Below, piece by piece: positions 13,013 through 25,159 of a stretch of 64,000 bases of DNA. Position 1 is the stretch's first letter, and the number at the start of each line of letters is the position of its first letter. The DNA comes from Chiloscyllium plagiosum (Eukaryota), in assembly GCF_004010195.1 (NCBI RefSeq), contig NC_057751.1:13275659-13339658 (forward strand), in the 5' to 3' direction. The position numbers and the translations under genes are program-made. Below the pieces are notes generated by a model that did not search any database, was not told where the DNA came from, and saw nothing but the letters and a program-made list of their open reading frames with translations.

Positions 13013-13240
13013 TGTCTCTTTCAAAGCTGCCATTACTCCTTATTGAAAACACTATCATTTGCTCATTTGATCTTGCTTGATGTCTTCCAGTTGGAGACAA
13101 AAAAAACTGCAGATACTGGAATCCAGAGTAGACAATCAGGAGGTTGGAAGAACACAATAAGCCTTTTAATTACCAAACTTCCTTTCTTCTCCAAAATCCA
13201 TTAATGTATTCCCACCTCTGATGTTTCAAGCCAATGCTTG
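13013..13240 (+). mobile_element. L2-type LINE RT remnant, interrupted by an inverted PLE end (about 13092-13157)
   Basis: ttcaaagctgccat..ccaaacttcctttcttctccaaaatcc (FKAA..; SNLPFLSK-like); closely similar to the reverse complement of about 23300-23460. Confidence 0.55.
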
Positions 13241-13819
13241 GTGTTGACCTTTGATCAAGACGGAGTGAGTGGACATGCCAACCATATTGCTGTTTACTAT
13301 GCAATCAGGTAAATACCAAACTATGCATCTTTGCAAGAGTTCCCACCTTAACTAAGATCCACAACGTCCTCCAGAATCTGTACACTTGCAAATGGATAAT
13401 GTCTATTAAAAATTGGCAAGACCAGCAATATTGTGAATTTGAATTGGGGATAAAATTGGGGCCAATTATGAACAGTGAAACCAAAAACAAAATCTAAAAA
13501 GAAAATGGCATCACTTTGGAAAGTACGAGGAATGACAGTTCTGCAACTACCCTGTTCTTATACATTTAAAGCAAGTTGAGACTATAGATTGGCTGGTCAG
13601 AGCTTGACAAGATCTGACTGACCAATCCTCTCTTGATCCAATCTTTACTTCAAATGACAGTAGTTCCCTCATTCCATCGAAGTGTAGGTGTGGAGAATGC
13701 AAATCAATCAAGGTCCCTGATCCTGTTTGCTGTTGAGTGAGACTTACAAAAGAGTTTGCTTCAGTGGCACTAAACACCTTTCAATATCTCAACCAAATAG
13801 CTATTGTGCGTATGACAGC

Positions 13820-16082
13820 CACTCCACACGAATCGCCCATTTCACCATCAAACCCGCTGACAAAGGTAGTCTGACCTCTATGTCAAAGAGGCAGAGTGTC
13901 AGCACTTTTACACCGCTTCCTACCTCCCCCTTGACCATGACCCAACTGTAGCCCATAAAGCCAAAATTACTCGCACTGACCATGACCTAATCGCATCTGG
14001 TGATGTCCCCTCCAGTTCCTCCAATGTAATAGTCCCCCAGCCCCACACTGTCTGGTTCTACCTGCTCCCCAAAATCCACAAGCCCAACTACCCCAGCTAA
14101 CCCATCACTGTAGGGAATCTAATCTAATCTAATCTCCGCTGCTCCTGCCCGACCGAACTCATTTCTTCCTAACACGACTCCATCTTCTCCGCCTTGGTCC
14201 AGACACTTCCACCTACATCCGTAATACTAAGCATGCCCTCTACCTCTTCAGTAACTTCCAGTTTCCCGGGCCCAACGCTTTATCTCCATCATTAATGTGC
14301 AGGCCATATACGCACCCATCCCCCACAAGGACAGCCTTCAGGCCCTCAGCTTCTTCATCTCAAACAGACCCAGCCAGTCCCCCTCCACCAATACCCTCCC
14401 TCACCTCGCCGAACTCGTCCTCACCCTCAATTCCTTCAAGTCATCCCATTTCCTCCAAATCCAGGGGATGGTCATGGGCACTCGGATGGACCCTCGCTAC
14501 TCTTTGTCAGCTACGTCATACAGTCCCTCTTCAGTACCTACACAGAAACTGTGCCCTAACTCTTCGCTGTTACATCTATGACTGCATCAGTGCTGCATCC
14601 TGCACCTGGGCCGAACTGAAGCAGTTAATCGACTTCACCTGCAACTTCTACCACACCCTTAAATTCACATGGTCTATCTCGGACGTCTCCCTCCCCTTTC
14701 TTGACTTCTTCATTTCCATCTCCAGTGACAGTCTACAGGCAATGTTTACTATAAACCCACAGACTCCCATATCTACCTGGACTACACCTCCTACCATCCA
14801 GTATCCTTCAAGAACTCAATTCCATTTTCCCAATTCCTTCCAAATGCATCTGCTCAGACGAGGAGACGTTCCACTCCCAAGCAACCTAGATGTCCATCTA
14901 TTTTGAACAACATGCTTTAGCTCCCCCGTCATCCAAAAGCCCCACATCGCTCTTCCTCCGTTCCCTGCTTCATGCTCTAAAGCCTCATCCCCATCCCACC
15001 CCCCCCCCCCACCCCCCCCAACACAATAAAGGTAGGGTCCCCCTTGTTCTCACCTTCCACCCACCAGTCTCTGCAACCAATGCATCATTCTTAAACACGT
15101 CTGTTAACTCCAACTAGAACCCACTACCAAGAACATCTTCCTCTCCCCTCACTTCCATCCAGGGTCCCAAACAGTCCTGCCAGGTGAGACACAAGTTCAC
15201 CTGCCTCTCCTCCAACCTAGTTTACTATATCTAGTGCTCCCAATGTGGTCTTCTCTACATCAGGGAGACCCAACATAAACTAAGAGCATGTTTTACCGAG
15301 CATGACAACCGGACCCGACAATAGACAATAGGTGCAGGAGTAGGCCATTCAGCCCTTCTAGCCTGCACCGCCATTCAATATGATCATGGCTGATCATTCC
15401 GAATCAGTATCCTCTTCCTGCCTTATCTCCATAACCTTGATTCCACTATCTTTGAGAGCTCTATCCAACTCTTTCTTAAATGAATCCAGAGACTGGGCCT
15501 CCACTGCCCTCTGGGGCAGAGCATTCCACACAGCCACCACTCTCTGGGTGAAGAAGTTTCTCCTCATCTCTGTCAGGGCCGACCTGACCTCCCAGTCCCT
15601 TCCCATTTTAACTCCCCTTTCCACTCCCTTTCTGACATGACCATTCTTGGCTTCCTCTTCTGCTTCAATGAATCAGACTGCAGATTGGAGGAACAACACC
15701 TCATGTTCCACCTAGGCGGCCTACAGCCTGGAGGACCCAACATTGAGTTCTCCAATTTCAAATAACCTCCCTTCCATTCCCCGACTCTCTTTCCAGCCAC
15801 TCCCCCTCCCTTCCATTCCTCTGACCGATCCTTCCTTCCAGCTACCAACTGGACTCATTCCTCCCATCGACCAACCAGGCTGTATCCTATACCTGTGTCT
15901 CACCTATCACCACCTCATCACTTCGCACCTCTCCCCACCCAAAACCCTGCCCCTCACCTCTATCTGTAGCTCCCCTCACCCTCAACCCCAGTCCTGAAGA
16001 AGGGTTATACCTGAAATGTTAACTTCTCCACCTCCTGATGCTGCCTGGCTTGTTGTGTTTTTCCAGCCTCCTGCTTGTCTAC
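13820..16082 (+). mobile_element. Penelope-like element (RT + GIY-YIG + pLTR), degenerate
   Basis: IKPADKG, FYLLPKIHK, GMVMGTRM, YIYDC (YIDD-like), VYYI*CSQCGLLYIRET (GIY-YIG); decayed hammerhead at 15991-16024; interrupted by an HE1 tail (14106-14135) and an inverted CR1 tail. Confidence 0.88.
15319..15575 (-). mobile_element. CR1 3' end fragment
   Basis: Minus ORF TEMRRNFFTQRVVAVWNALP..SFKKELD; (ctattgt)n tail. Confidence 0.85.
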
Positions 16083-16690
16083 CAAAGGTACAGCAGGATA
16101 TAGAAAGGCTGGATTGGAGAAGTGTCAGATGGAGTTTAATCCAATTAAGTGTGATGTAATGCAAAAGATAAGTATACAGTACATAGGTGCTTTGAGATAC
16201 AGAGGGATCTTGGAGTGCAAGTACATAGGTTCCTGGAAGTGGCAACACAAGTGAAAAGAGTGGTAAAGAAGGTGTATGGCATGCTTGCCTTCATCAGTCA
16301 GGGCACTGAGTGCAAAAGTTGCCATGTCATTGTTTCAGCTGTATAAATGTAGTTAGGTCATATTTGGAGAATTATGTACAGCTCTGATCATCACATAATA
16401 AGAAGAATGTGGATGTTTTGGAGAACGTGCGAAGAGATTTAACAGGATGCTTCCCAGTTTGAAGTTTTTCGTGAGAAGGAGAGGTTGGGCAAACTTGGAT
16501 TATTTTCACTAGAACATTGTAAGCTGAGGGGGTGACTTCATAGAAGTATATAAAATTTAGTGAGGCATGGATAGGATGTATTTTCTTCCCAGGTGGAAAT
16601 GTCAAATACTAGGGAGCGTAGGTTTAAGTTGAGAAGGGGAATGTTTAAGGAGATGTGCATGGAAAGTTTTTCGCACAGAGGATGGTAGAT

Positions 16691-19188
16691 GTTGACGGTA
16701 TTAGGCAAGAACTTTCAAAAGCTGATTGGGGGCAGATTTTGCAGGTAAAGACACGGCTGGAAAATGGGAAGCGTTCAGAAATGAGATAACGAGAATCCAG
16801 AGAAAGTATATTCCTGTTAGGGTGAAAGGAAAGGCTTGTAGGCATAGGGAATGCTGGATGACTAAAGAAATTGAGGGTTTGGTTAAGAAAAAGAAGGAAG
16901 CATATGTCAGGTATGGACAAGATAGATCGAGTGAATCCTTAGAAGAGTATAAAAGCAGTAGGAGTATACTTAAGAGGGAAATCAGGAGGGCAAAAAGAGG
17001 ACATGAGCTAGCTTTGGCAAATAGAATTAAGGAGAATCCTTTATAAATACATTAAGGATAAAAGGGTAACTAGGGAGAGAATAGGGGCCCCTCAAAGAGA
17101 GGGGCAAGGCGGCCTGTGTGTGGAGCCGCAGAAATTGGGGGAGATACTAAACGAGTATTTTGCATCAGTATTTACTGTGGAAAAGAACATACAAGATATA
17201 GAATATCGCGAAATAGATGGTGACATCTTGAAAAATGTCCATATTACAGAGGAGGAAGTGCTGGATGTCTTGAAACGCATAAAAGTGGATAAATCCCCAG
17301 GACCTGATCAGGTGTATCCTCGACCTCTGTGGGAAGCTAGAGAAGTGATTGCTGGGCCTCTTGCTGAGATATTTGAATCATCGATAGTCAGAGGCGAGGT
17401 GCCGGAAGACAGAAGGCTGGCCAACGTGGTGCCACTGTTTAAGAAGGGTAGTAAGGACAAGCCAGGGAACTATAGATCAGTGAGCCTGATGTTGGTGGTG
17501 GGCAAGTTGTTGGAGGGAATCCGGAGGGAGAGGATGTACATGTATTTGGAAAGGCAAGGAGTGATTAGGGGTAATCAACACGGCTTTGTGCGTAGGAAAT
17601 CATGTCTCACAAATTTGATTAAATTTTTTGAAGAGGGGCTGCACGATAGCACAGTGGTTAGCACTGCTGCCTCACAGCGCCAGGGTCCCAGATTTGATTC
17701 CAGCCTCTGGAGACTGTGCAAACTCCACACAGACAGTCTCCTTGTGTCTGCGTGGGTTTCCTCCGGGTGCTCCGGTTTCCTCCCACAGTCCAAAGATGTG
17801 CAGATCAGGTGAATTGGCCATGTTAAATTGCCCATAGTGTTAGGTATGTTAGTCAGAGGGAAATAGGTCTCGGTGGGTTACTTTTTGGAGGCTTGGTGTG
17901 GACTAGTTGGGCCGAAGGGCATGTTTCGACACTATAGGGAATCTAATCTAATCTAAAAAGTAACAAAGAGGATTGATGAGGGCAGAGCAGTAGATGTGAT
18001 CTATATGGACTTCAGTAAGGCGTTCGACAAGGTTCCCCATGGGAGACTGCTTAGCAAGGTAGATCGCACGGAATAGAGAGAGAACTAGCCAACTGGATAC
18101 AGCACTGGCTCAAAGATAGAAGACAAAGGGTGGTGATGGAGGGTTGTTTTTCAGACTGGAGGCCTGTGACCAGTGGAGTGCCACAAGGATCGGTGCTGAG
18201 TCCTCTACTTTTTATTATTTATATAAATGGTTTGGATGTAAGCATAAGAGATAGCATTAGTAAGTTTGCAGATGACACCAAAATTGGAAATGGCGTGGAC
18301 AGCAAAGAAGGTTACCTCAGATTACAACAGGATCTTGATCAGATGGGTCAATGGGCTGAGAAGTGGCAGATGGAGTTTAATTCAGATAAATGCGAGGTGC
18401 TGCATTTTGGGAAAGCAAATCTTAGCAGGGCTTATACACTTAATGGTAAGGTCCTAGGGAGCGTTGCTGAACAGAGAGACCTTGGAGTGCAGGTTCATAG
18501 CTCCTTGAAAGGAAAGTTGCAGATAGATAAGAGAGTGAATGCGGCTATTGGTTTGATTTCCTTTATTGGTCAGAGTATTGAGTACAGGAGTTGGGAGGTC
18601 ATGTTGCGGCTGTACAGGACATTGGTTAGGCCACTGTTGGAATACTGCGTGCAATTCTGGTCTCCTTCCTATCAGAAAGATATTGTGAAACTTGAAGGAT
18701 TCAGAAAGGATTTACAAGAATGTTGCCAGGGTTGGACGATTTGAGTTATAGGGAGAGGCTGAATGGGCTGGGGCTGTTTTCCCTGGAGCATCGGAGGCTG
18801 AGCGGTGACCTTATTGAGGTTTTCAAAATTATGAGGGGCATGGATAGGATAAATAGATAGATAAAGTCTTTTCCCTGGGTTGGGGCAGTCCAGAACTAGA
18901 CGGCATAGGTTTAGGGTGAGAGGGGAAAGGTATAAAAGGGACCAAAGGGGCAACATTTTCACACAGAGGGTGGTGCGTGTATGGAATGAGCTGCCAGAGG
19001 AAGTGGTGGAGGCTGGTACAATTGCAACATTTAAGAGGCATCTGGATGGGTATATGAATACGAAGGGTTTGGAGGGATATGGGCTGGGTGCTGGCAGGTG
19101 GGACTAGTTTGGGTTGGGTTAACTGGTTGGCATGGACGGATTTGACCGAAGGGTCTGTTTCCGTGCTTTACATCTCTGTCACTCTATG
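16691..19188 (+). mobile_element. Young CR1 (HER1-like) LINE, 5'-truncated
   Basis: ORFs KSPGPDQVYPR, NYRSVSL, QHGF, GVPQGSVL, FADD; 3' tail ccgaagggtctgtttccgtgct..ctctatg. Confidence 0.93.
17635..17955 (+). mobile_element. HE1 SINE (full length) inside CR1
   Basis: gcacagtggttagcactgctgcctcacagcgccaggg head, gggtttcctccgggtgctccggtttcctccc body, (ctaat)n tail. Confidence 0.92.
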
Positions 19189-19192
19189 GAAT

Positions 19193-19545
19193 ACAATAGA
19201 CAATAGGTGCAGAAGTAGGCCATTCTGCCCTTCGAGCCTGCATCACCATTCAATATGATCATGGCTGATCATCCTTAACCAGTATCCTGTTCCTGCCTTA
19301 TCTCCTTGATTCCACTATCCTTGAGAGCTCTATCCAACTCTTCCTTAAATGAATCCAGAGACTGGGCCTCCCTGCCCTCTGGGGCAGAGCATTCCACACA
19401 AGCACCACTCTCTGGGTGAAGACGTTTCTCCTCATCTCTGTCCGAAATGGTCTACCCCATATTTTTAAGCTGTGTCTTCTGGTTCGGTACTCACCCATCA
19501 GCGGAAACATGTTTCCTGCCTCCAGAGTGTCCAAACCTTTAATAC
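19193..19545 (-). mobile_element. CR1 3' end fragment
   Basis: Minus ORF GEYRTRRHSLKIWGRPFRTEMRRNVFTQRVV; same subfamily tail as 15319. Confidence 0.85.
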
Positions 19546-19845
19546 GATGCCGGGAGAGGTGATAGAATCAGATTTGATTGCAATGTTTAAAAGACATTTA
19601 GATAGACATTTAAGCACGCAAGGAATAGAGGGATACAGACCATGAGCAGGCAGATTGGATTAGTTTAAAACAGCATCATGGAGCAGACATTGTAGGCCAA
19701 AGGGCCTGTTCCTGTGCTCTATGACTGCTGGTTCCAGTTTACCAATGTTGCAAGGTTACTGGGTGCCTTACGGTAAAGAAGCTAAGTAAATGGGATGCTG
19801 GAATAGTTTCGATTGCCTTTAATCATTAAGTACGAGACTTTACTG

Positions 19846-20815
19846 AGAATGGAAAATGCTGGGGATCACAGCCGGCTGGGCGGCATCCATGGAGAGAGAG
19901 CGGGCTAATATTTCAGGTCTAAATGACTCATCAGAGTGCTAGCAGAACACCATCACCAAACATACCTTGCCTTCACTCTCCATGTCTGCATTGTTCCCTC
20001 TGGGACACCCAAGTATGTTCCTCAATCATTAACACCTCCCCCCCCCCAACCCCCACCACTTCCCATGTAACCACAGAAGATGCAACACCAGCCCTTTACC
20101 TGCTTCCTGCTCACCATCCAAGGGCCTAAACAGTCTTTCCAGGTGAAGCAGCATTTCACCTATACCTCGTCCCAATGTGGCCTATTCTACATCCGAGAAA
20201 CCAAATGCAAACTGGGTGACTGCTTTACAGAACACCTCCAGTCTGTACGCAAGCATGTTCCCAACCTTCACTGTAACACAACGCCCTGCTCATATGCCCA
20301 CTGTCCTATAGCATGCTGCAGTGCTCCAGTAAATCACAGTGCAAACTGGAGGTACAACATCTCATTTCCAGTCGCGGAACTTTACAACCTTCTGGATTTA
20401 ATTGAGTTATATTGAGTTCAACATCTTCAAATTGTGAACCCACTCCCATTCCTTCCCTTTCTTCTAACTTTGCTTGTTATATTCTAAATCACCATATCCT
20501 CTCTCCCCTCCCCTCACCTTCGTGGGACTGTCTATTCTTTCCAGATTTGCAGTTAGACACACCATTGTTCTGCCATTCTCACATTCCGATCACTTAATTG
20601 AACTATCAACATCCTTTGTTCCCCCAGCACTCCATTACTGTACGTCCCCTCACTATTGCATCAATGCTACCCCCTCGACACTATGTCAGCTCTGATGAGG
20701 AGTCATCTAGACTCGGAACTTTGGCTTGCTTTTTCTCTCCATGGATGCTGCCTGGCCCGCTGGGATCTCCAGAGTTTTTTGTTTTCAGTACAAATTCCAG
20801 CACCTGCAATAATTT
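19846..20815 (+). mobile_element. Penelope-like element fragment with inverted 5' pLTR
   Basis: IQGPKQSFQVKQHFT..CGLFYIRETKCKLGDCF (GIY-YIG); 19846-19940 is the reverse complement of the 3' pLTR (20690-20790). Confidence 0.82.
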
Positions 20816-20834
20816 GCTCCCACTAAGAGACAAG

Positions 20835-21178
20835 CAATGGCATGTTGGTTCAGTGGTTACCACTGTTGTCTCACAGCACCAGGGACCCGGGTTCGATTCC
20901 ACCCTTGTGCGACACTCTCTGTGAAGTTTTCACATTTTCCCAGTGTCTGCATGGGGTTTCCTCCAGGTGCTCTGCTTTCCTCCCACAATCCAAAGATGTG
21001 CAGGTTTGGTGAATGGGCCAAGCTAAATTGCCCATATTGTTCAGGGAAGTGCATTAGTCAGGTGTAAATGTAGAGTAATAGGGTAGGAGAATGGGTCTGG
21101 GGTGGGGTTACTCTTTGGAGGGTTGATGTGGATTTGATTGGCTGAAGGGCCTGCTTTCCCGCTGTAGGGATTCTATGA
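20835..21178 (+). mobile_element. HE1-like SINE
   Basis: cagtggttaccactgttgtctcacagcaccagggacccgggttcgattcc head; V-domain body; ttctatg tail. Confidence 0.85.
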
Positions 21179-21291
21179 TTATACTTTGTAATTAGTGTAC
21201 CAATCACCCTGTTCCTCTTGCAAAGAAGTGAAAAGAATCTGGAGAAAGTGGATTGAAGAACAGAAAGTCTTGAGAAGCAAAATAGTTTTAA

Positions 21292-21526
21292 GCTGGTTGG
21301 AGCAAAGTATAGAGGGGATGTCAGAGGCGGGTTCTTTACACAGTTGTGAGAGCATGGAATGCGTTGCCAGCAGCAGTTGTGGAAGCAATGTCATTGGGGA
21401 CATTTAAGAGACTACTGGACATGCATATGGTCACAGAAATTTGAGGGTGCATACATGAGGATCAGTGGTCGGCACAGCATCGTGGGCTGAAGGGCCTGTT
21501 CTGTGCTGTACTGTTCCATGTTCTAT
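21292..21526 (+). mobile_element. CR1 3' end fragment
   Basis: ttctttacacag..tggaatgcgttgcca..gggctgaagggcctgttctgtgctgtactgttc. Confidence 0.8.
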
Positions 21527-21569
21527 TAATCTCTCTCATCAGATTTTTGCCATTGTAATGGCATCAAAG

Positions 21570-21697
21570 CTGTTCTTACCTGCTCTGGCCTACTTTTAAC
21601 TCCAGACCCGTAACAATGTGGTTGACTCTTAACAGCCCATTGTGCAAAAAATGCTGGCCAAGTCAGCAACATCCACATCCCGTGAATGAATTGAAAA
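21570..21697 (+). mobile_element. tRNA-derived SINE 3' half (central domain end + tail)
   Basis: cttacctgctctggccta..ctccagaccc..caatgtggttgactcttaac..aaatgctggcc..cacatcccgtgaatgaa. Confidence 0.7.
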
Positions 21698-21704
21698 AGT
21701 ATAC

Positions 21705-22830
21705 AAAGTGGTTTTCGAGACCAGTATACTGAGGAAGTAACTGCAGAGCTAGCTATTTTAGATCTGGTATTGTATGATAAGAAGAGATTAATTAATAATC
21801 TTGTTGTAAAAGTTAGTGAAGAGTTACCTTTAACATGATAGAACTTTCCATTAAGTTTTCATATAACGTAGTTTAATTTGAACTCGGGTCTGAAATCTAA
21901 ACAAAGGTAACTCTGAAGGAATGAGGAGCAATTTGATTGTCATGAATTCAGAAAATACATGAAAAGATATGATGGTAAATGGCAATTGTTCGTCTGTGAT
22001 GAAGTGATCTGTATTTTATAAAAAAAAACATTCCTTTAAGGCACAAAATCCTAACAGGAAAAGCTTGGTTAACTGTGGCTAACAAAGGAAGTAGAAGATT
22101 ATGTTAAATCAAAGGAGGTCTATAAAGAGAAAGGACAGTGCTAAGTCTGAGTATTGGGAACATTTTAACATTCAATGAAGGAGGACCAAGAAACTGAAAG
22201 AAAAAGGATAACAAAATATCAATGTAAATGGACAAGAAGCATAAAAATGAATGTAAAAGCTTCAATAGGTATATATAAAGGAAAGCATTAGGAAATACAA
22301 ATGTGGACCCAATAAAGGCAGAAACAGGAGAATTTATAATGATGTGAAATAATTATTTTTTAATTACATTCACGGAAGAAGATGGAAGATCCCAGGGAAT
22401 TAATGAGAATGAGGAATGAAACAAAATTAGTTTTTCAAAAAATTAGAAATTAGATTCCATACAGATTAGATTCCCTACAGTGTGGAAACAGGCCCTTCGG
22501 CCCAACAAGTCCACACCGATCCTCCGAAGAGCAACTCACCCAGACCCATTTCCCTCTGACTAATGCACCAAACACTATGGACAATTTAGCATGGCCAATC
22601 CACCTGATCTGCATACCTTTGGACTGTGGGAGGAAACCGGAGCACCCGGAGGAAACTCACGCAGACACGGGGAGAATGTGCAAACTCCACACAGACAGTT
22701 GCCCAAGGCTGGAATCGAACCTGTTTCCTTGGTGCTGTTAGGCTGCAGTGCTAACCACTGAGCCACCATGCCGCCCCAGTGGGATTCATGGGACTGAAAT
22801 TTGGAAATATTCTCAGGACCGAAGATTCTA
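21705..22830 (+). mobile_element. Old CR1 ORF2 remnant
   Basis: gctattttagatctggtattg (AILDLVL) and aaaagcttcaataggtatatataa..aatgtggaccc (KSF..YI..NVGP-like); interrupted by HE1. Confidence 0.6.
22462..22778 (-). mobile_element. HE1 SINE (full length)
   Basis: Reverse complement gggcggcatggtggctcagtggttagcact..; tail ctgtagggaatctaatct. Confidence 0.92.
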
Positions 22831-23079
22831 TAAGATCTCATTCTACAGAAATAAAGAAAGAAATAACTGAAAGAATGCTCCTCTCTGATGTGCCTCTGAA
22901 CACTTTCTGGTTAGCAAATAAGGGACTTGCAACAAGGACATGTACTTATATATGTCAACCTTCATGTGCAGTAACACCTTGTGTGGAATTTAATTCAGGC
23001 GACAGTAGGTCTCATCTGCTGATTGGAGAGTTTGCTCCACATTCCTTCTTTAGGGGAAGATGTCATATTAAGTAGTCAG

Positions 23080-23530
23080 ATTAGGAAGAGTGCAACTGAG
23101 ACCATTGCAATTGAAATGGTCAATGGAAGAAAATCACTGAAGGAGAATTGTCTGGTTAAGTATGTCATTTGCGACAATGTGGTCACCGAGAATAAGAAAT
23201 GGTAATACATTACAAGTGCAACTGCAAAGGATGTTATTAGCTCTGGTTGATTTGATGCTGTTGCAATGGCAACAATATAATCAGAAGGATTAATTTATGC
23301 AGTTGCAGAAAACTCTGGGTTGTAACTTTAGAGATGGGAACACATCAATGGATTTTGGTGAAGAAAGGAAGTTTGGAGATTGGAAGACATCTAGCAAGAT
23401 CAGACAAGCAAATGATAGGTGTTTTGAGTAAGGGGTGATGATAGCTTTGAAAAGGACAAGTCAGTGGTTAAAAAAAAGGAATCATTTGCAATATCAGCTA
23501 ATGTGTGGTCATGAAGGTCAATTAAATGGT
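23080..23530 (-). mobile_element. L2-type LINE remnant
   Basis: Reverse complement ttcaaagctatcatcacccc..ccaatctccaaacttcctttc; homologous to 13013-13240. Confidence 0.5.
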
Positions 23531-23557
23531 CAGCAGTTTCATTGTAACAGGGTTTTT

Positions 23558-23823
23558 TTCATGTATTCTCTTGTGGGATGCCTTCTTGAACCACTTAAGT
23601 CCATCTGCTGTGTGTTGTCCCAGAATGCTATTGGGGAGGCAATTCTAGGATTTTGACCCAGCAACAGTGAAGAAACAGCAATTCATTTTCCAAGTCAGAT
23701 GGTGAGTGGTTGGAGGGTAACTTGAAGATGGTGGTGATCCCAAATAACTGCTGCCCTCGCCCTTCTATATGGAAGTGGTTGAGAGTTTGGAAGGTGCTGT
23801 CTGAGGATCTTTGGTGAATTTGG
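23558..23823 (-). mobile_element. 3' fragment of the SINE-headed LINE family
   Basis: ccttcttgaacc, ggattttgacccagc and ggaaggtgctgtct are shared with 36215-36480 and 50735-51060. Confidence 0.7.
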
Positions 23824-23944
23824 TTAAAAGAACAAAATAGTTCCAAAAGGCTAATGGAAGAGTTTCTTCATTTGAAATATTTAACTAAAATTAAGGACTA
23901 ATGAGAGGCTCTTAAAGTAAATAAAGCTAAATAAATAAACTTAC

Positions 23945-24153
23945 TCATCATTCAATCCACACCGGCGACATGTAGGATTCCCATACTTTGTTAAAGTCTC
24001 TGTGAGTTCATCATACAGCTTGTCCCCAAAAGCTCGAGGAATGCCTTCCCATGCAAGTATAAGGATAATAACAACAGCATTCTGACAGTGATGACCAGCA
24101 CGCTCACGTACAAGGCAGAGGACCTTTTCTTCTTCATTCGCTCTTCTTATTAT
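23945..24153 (-). CDS. TET3: TET3 internal coding exon (209 bp), Cys-rich domain
   Basis: ctatag acceptor, gtaagt donor. Translates [69 protein letters not shown](D); [15 protein letters not shown] and KYGNPT are TET3-type. Confidence 0.97.
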
Positions 24154-25159
24154 CTATAGATAATTAGTGAAACATTTCTTTGGTGAGTATTTCTAAAGGA
24201 CTGAAAGCACTAGAAAAAAGAAAGAAATCCTTTTTTGTTTGAAGTACTCCTTTTCATACAAGAAAATTATGCTCTTACCATGATTTTCTTTTTTTTTTGA
24301 AACATGTCAATTGTAGTGCCAACCTGGGATACTATACTACTGGGAATACAAATTCTCCAACCTGTAGCAGATTTCTCAAGGTCAGGCAGCTCCAGTATCG
24401 CCCTCAGGCTTGTCTGAATTTGAGTACCCTGCTGCTTGCAATGGAGCCCTTCTGAAATGCATTTGGGACATCCCCTGTAATTAATGAGGGAGAACCTACT
24501 TGAGGACTTCTAAATTCTTGTTTTTAAAAAATAGTCAAATAAGTATCTGGTGAAAATATAATTATTTTTCTCTGAAAGTGGAGAATACTTTAAACAAAAA
24601 AGCAACATCTTTCATAGAATGTGTGTGACTCTGTTTCACTGGCAATATTTCATAGAATAAGGAATACCAGTAACAAACATGCTAAGACCTAAACTTACCT
24701 AATGTATCATAAAATAAACTGAAATTAAATCATATCATTTATCATTGTTACACGCTTTCTGGATGATTTTTATTACATTTCTAATCCTGCAATTCCCTCG
24801 GAGACTTGCAGGTTTCTTCTAATTTTTTTTCTGATTACCTCAGCCACTCTGGGTCTAAATATAACTTCTATTTGTGTTAAAAATTTCAATGCATAAATTG
24901 TTTCAACCTATAGTGCCGGATGTTGCTCCCAACTTATTGGCTTTATTTTGATATTTCCCAATTTGTTTCTCTTTTGCATTCTCTGTGTTGACATGCATAC
25001 AAGACAATGAAAGCCTAACAAAGTTAACATTCAATTTTTGATATAATTCATTCCGTTTACTCTGAAATCAGCAAAGACACTAAATGACTTGCAATTTTCT
25101 TCTGACTCTGGTGATGAAGCACTGACTGGTTGATTTGTCCAGTGTGTGAGAAGAAAAAT

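Larger units (their letters stand above)
16083..19725 (+). mobile_element. Older CR1 3' portion (16083-16690 + 19546-19725) split by younger insertions
   Basis: RT C-terminal sequence breaks at ttttcgcacagaggatggtagatg and resumes at gccgggagaggtgatagaa, ending with a ctctatgact tail. Confidence 0.7.

Noticed and set aside
13021..21570. Apparent 8.5-kb DNA transposon with 7-bp TSD tcaaagc and 9-bp TIR tgccattac/gtaatggca
   Set aside because: The left 'TSD+TIR' is part of an L2-type sequence also present inverted at about 23440-23455, and no transposase lies inside; most likely coincidence.
24362..24474. Possible extra TET3 exon (ttacag ... CAG/gttgga on the minus strand)
   Set aside because: Not a multiple of 3, has a stop in the TET3 frame, shows no TET similarity, and the flanking exons already join in frame; would need RNA-seq evidence.
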